Position numbers and translations under genes: made by a program. Under the pieces are notes generated by a model, which saw only the letters and a program-made list of their open reading frames with translations, did no database searches and was not told the DNA's origin. Shown in pieces: positions 61,184 through 64,000 of a DNA stretch of 64,000 bases; within the stretch, counting starts at the first letter, position 1, and each line of letters begins with the position of its first letter. The stretch lies in the NCBI RefSeq assembly GCF_036321535.1, contig NC_087437.1, positions 109,184,001-109,248,000 of the forward strand. Reading direction: 5' to 3'. Source of the stretch: Camelus dromedarius (Eukaryota).

Positions 61184-62010
61184 TAGTTTTACAATGAATA
61201 ATTCATAGTTCCAAAATTCTACACGGTATCTTTAAATTGAATGGGTGACCAAATGCTCTACAGTGGGTCTGAGCTTTGTGTTTGTTTATTCTCATATGCT
61301 TACGAAGGAATTATCTTTAATCACAGCCATCTTCTTCAGAATAGTGCAAGCCCCTGGTGTAATTTTTGTCAACAACTAACAGACAAAAATGGTTGACTGT
61401 TGAAATCAACCATGATCCTAATTATAATTTGGAAAAAAATAAAAAGTCTTTAATGTATTTTATTGTGATTCTGTATTGTTCATCGTATTCCTGGCAATTT
61501 TTTTTGTGATTTATTCTTTTACAAAACATATTTTGATAGCGGTAAAAGCTCCGTTTCAAAATATTACATCTATATCTTTATGTAAATTGCTTTGCATTAG
61601 TACATGTGCTCAGTGTCTACACTTAAGAGATGGTAACATTTTTCTTGAAGGTCTCTTTATATTTTTTCCAATTTTGAATTTACTTCTTTCTTCCCCTAAG
61701 GTTTCTATCTTAAAAGCAAATAACTGTTCAAGAAATTAACTCAGTTTGGAATTTCTGCATTGTCATTCCAAATAGTGCTAATTGGGTTTAGTGTATAAGG
61801 CAGTTCATTCTTTTCATTAATAAATGATGGGGCTACAGTGCCAGCAGCACCCGGCAGTGATTCAATAGCTCTTTGCTCTAACTCAGAAATGGCTCTTCTG
61901 GGCAACTAATTCAATAGACTGTTACAGACAAAGGGCATCCTTATAAACCCCAAACTTAAGACAGATAACGCAAACTAAAATCTACCCAGTCCTGGAAAGA
62001 GATGACTCAC

Positions 62011-62261
62011 CTGTTCAATATCGTTGTTCTTCCGTGATTTGTATATAAATTCTCCAATGGCTACAAATACAGAAAGGACCAGTCCTGCAGCCAGAACAAT
62101 GAAGATACCTCCAATATTTTCGACTCCCAGAGCACTGGCCTCTTTGTTGTCTTCCTCAGGGCAGCCATTCCCACGCCACCACTTCTCTTTCATCATATGC
62201 AGTTTCCCCTCTTCTTGTAACTGAAGAATAGCAATGGTAATTTTATCTCGGTAAGGAGAAC
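62011..62261 (-). CDS. GRIK1: GRIK1 (GluK1) internal exon: end of S2 ligand-binding lobe, M4 helix, start of cytoplasmic tail
   Basis: 251-nt exon bounded by ttacag| (62262-62267) and |gtgagt (62010-62005). Encodes (G)[83 protein letters not shown], typical of kainate receptors. Ends in phase 0. GRIK1 identity is supported by the downstream tail exons. Confidence 0.98.
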
Positions 62262-62434
62262 CTGTAAGTAAGATCATTTGGATATTGGTCACCAAAAGGT
62301 TGAAGAAGATGCACAGAAGGTTTATTGTCTTAGAGGTAGCTACTTTATAGCTGTTGGAAAACCCCAATCCACAAATTGATCATCAAAGGGCATGAAAGTT
62401 CAATCCTATGTATTTTCTGACACTTTCCTTGACT

Positions 62435-62584
62435 TTATTTATTTTGTTATTTTTTAAATTGAACTGTAGTTGATTTACAACGTTGTGTTAGTTTCTGGTG
62501 TATAGCATAGTGATTTAGTTCCTATTTCTTTTCCTATTCTTTTTCATCAAAGGCTATTACAAGATATTGAATACAGTTCCCTGT
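62435..62584 (-). mobile_element. Short L1 3' end (cetartiodactyl-type)
   Basis: gtagttgatttacaacgttgtgttagtttctggtgtatagcatagtgatt...ttacaagatattgaatacagttccctgt. Confidence 0.8.
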
Positions 62585-62796
62585 CCATCCTGTATTTTGA
62601 ATAATTGGAAAGGAGAGAGCTGATATGTTGAGATTAATTCTTACCCAGACTGTCTGTTCCTTTTAAGTAAGAAAAAGCTGAGCTGGGAATTCCATAACAT
62701 CCCTCTGCTTCTGGCGATTTGTTTTCATGAATCGTTTCCCACGTTAGGGAATTTTGTTGTGCAGATTCCACATTTTTCTAGGCTTTTGGTTGTCAA

Positions 62797-63203
62797 ATAT
62801 TGTGACAGCCTGGCTAGAGGAACATCAGTGCCACTTTCTCTGCTTCCTAGGAGAGTTGCTAGACATTTCCTTATCTCCTTTACAGTTCACTGTGGTGACT
62901 GACCAATTTCTAGTCACTGAGAGCTAGGGCAATATATGACTATTTCCAGTCCTGTCTCATACATCCTCCCAACATCTCTCCCTCACTTTCCTCAGATAGG
63001 CAGCAAGGAGGAAAAGATTTTAAGTCACTAGCAATAGTGGAACCACTAATTAGGAAGGGCTTGGATCCCAGGATGACTGCATGAAGCAGAATCTCTCTTT
63101 CAACCCACAACTGTACCGTGAGGTCAAGAAATAAACATCTACTGTGTTAGCCATTAAAAATTTATAGATGTTGGTTATAGTAATTACTCCACTAACTAAT
63201 ATA
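62797..63203 (+). mobile_element. MLT1J-like LTR
   Basis: tggatcccaggatgactgcatgaagcaga...agaaataaacatctactgtgttagcca...actaactaata. Confidence 0.7.
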
Positions 63204-64000
63204 CCTATTAAGATACTATTAAGAGTAGGTTTTAAATAATGTAAAAGTCTTACAAAATTCAGTTAGATTTAGAAAATTTGCAAGCACTTTATTGATATTA
63301 TTTATCCTCTATCTTCTAGTAATGCCAGTGAACTTTTGATTACGTTAGGGCTAAAGAACATCAACATCAGACTCCAGCAATAGCTTGCCCAGAACTGGGT
63401 TCTTAGGTCAATGATGCAAAGAAGAGATTAAAAAACAAAAAGACGGTAAGACTTCCTTACTCAATTTCTCCTTAGATGTTAAGAATTTTTGTTAGTGTTT
63501 CTTCTACTTTGTAGGAAAGTAGTAGACCATAGCTCTTTCTGTTTGTAAACTTTAATGTTCTTCTTGGTGGAAATAGAAAAATGCAAAAAAAAAAAAAAAG
63601 TAGTAAATAGAAAAATGTGGCATTTTAGAATCAGAAAAGATCCTAGGAGCCATATAGTCCAGACTACTTATTTAGAATTGAAGAATTTAGGATGCGAACG
63701 TATGGGTGAAAGTAATAGTTACTGGCAGAGGAAAGAATTTAACGTAATACTCCTTACTTCTCTTGGTGTTATTTCCTTGAAAGCTTCTCCCATTACCCAC
63801 TGTGTCACACAGCCCCTCCTCTCATATATCTTATGTTCTAGGGCATGGTTTAAGTTAGAAAAGCAGAGGATTAACATGATAACATTTGCCATTATTCTTC
63901 CATTCCTCCCAAGACTTCCTAAAGTCATTGTCGGACTCAAAATCAATTTTAAAAGAAGAGCAAGATGTTTTGGAGTCAGACTGTGGCTTGTCAATTAAGA

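Noticed and set aside
62024..62224. Antisense ORF over the M4 exon
   Set aside because: Shadow ORF of the coding exon with no independent support.
61975..62367. 130-aa ORF as a standalone gene
   Set aside because: Only 62011-62261 is exon. The rest is intron read in frame, and the ORF has no ATG start.
62262..64000. GRIK1 Q/R editing site or further upstream exons
   Set aside because: No M2 or S2 coding sequence is visible here. Those exons lie beyond the right edge of the window.

Overview
This is mammalian genomic DNA: AT-rich, CpG-depleted, with no CpG island. It contains the 3' end of the kainate receptor gene GRIK1 (GluK1/GluR5) on the minus strand plus about 45 kb of downstream gene-poor sequence. 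Five GRIK1 coding segments can be read directly. They are the S2-end/M4 exon (62261-62011) and all four alternative C-terminal segments: d (60675-60526), c cassette (46597-46511), a (His-Tyr-stop, 46491-46483) and terminal b (46100-45945), followed by tandem AATAAA signals at about 45660-45690. The rest is old eutherian repeats (MIR, L2, MLT1/MLT2, MER21/MER77/LTR33-like LTRs, MER2/5/45/58/96 DNA elements, L1M) plus a few younger L1 3' ends of cetartiodactyl type. I recognised no Alu, B1, Bov-A, PRE-1 or SINEC copies, so a camelid-like host is a tentative guess. I see no novel multi-gene system. The most interesting structure is the c/a splice module. The c donor and a acceptor are only 19 nt apart, and a perfect downstream donor predicts an NMD-sensitive 'a' transcript and a possible NMD-escaping composite exon with a new C-terminus. 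Also notable are an intact d exon in a non-primate and a 72-bp inverted templated insertion at about 38.1 kb. Repeat names and isoform identities come from remembered consensus sequences, not from a database search, and repeat boundaries are approximate.
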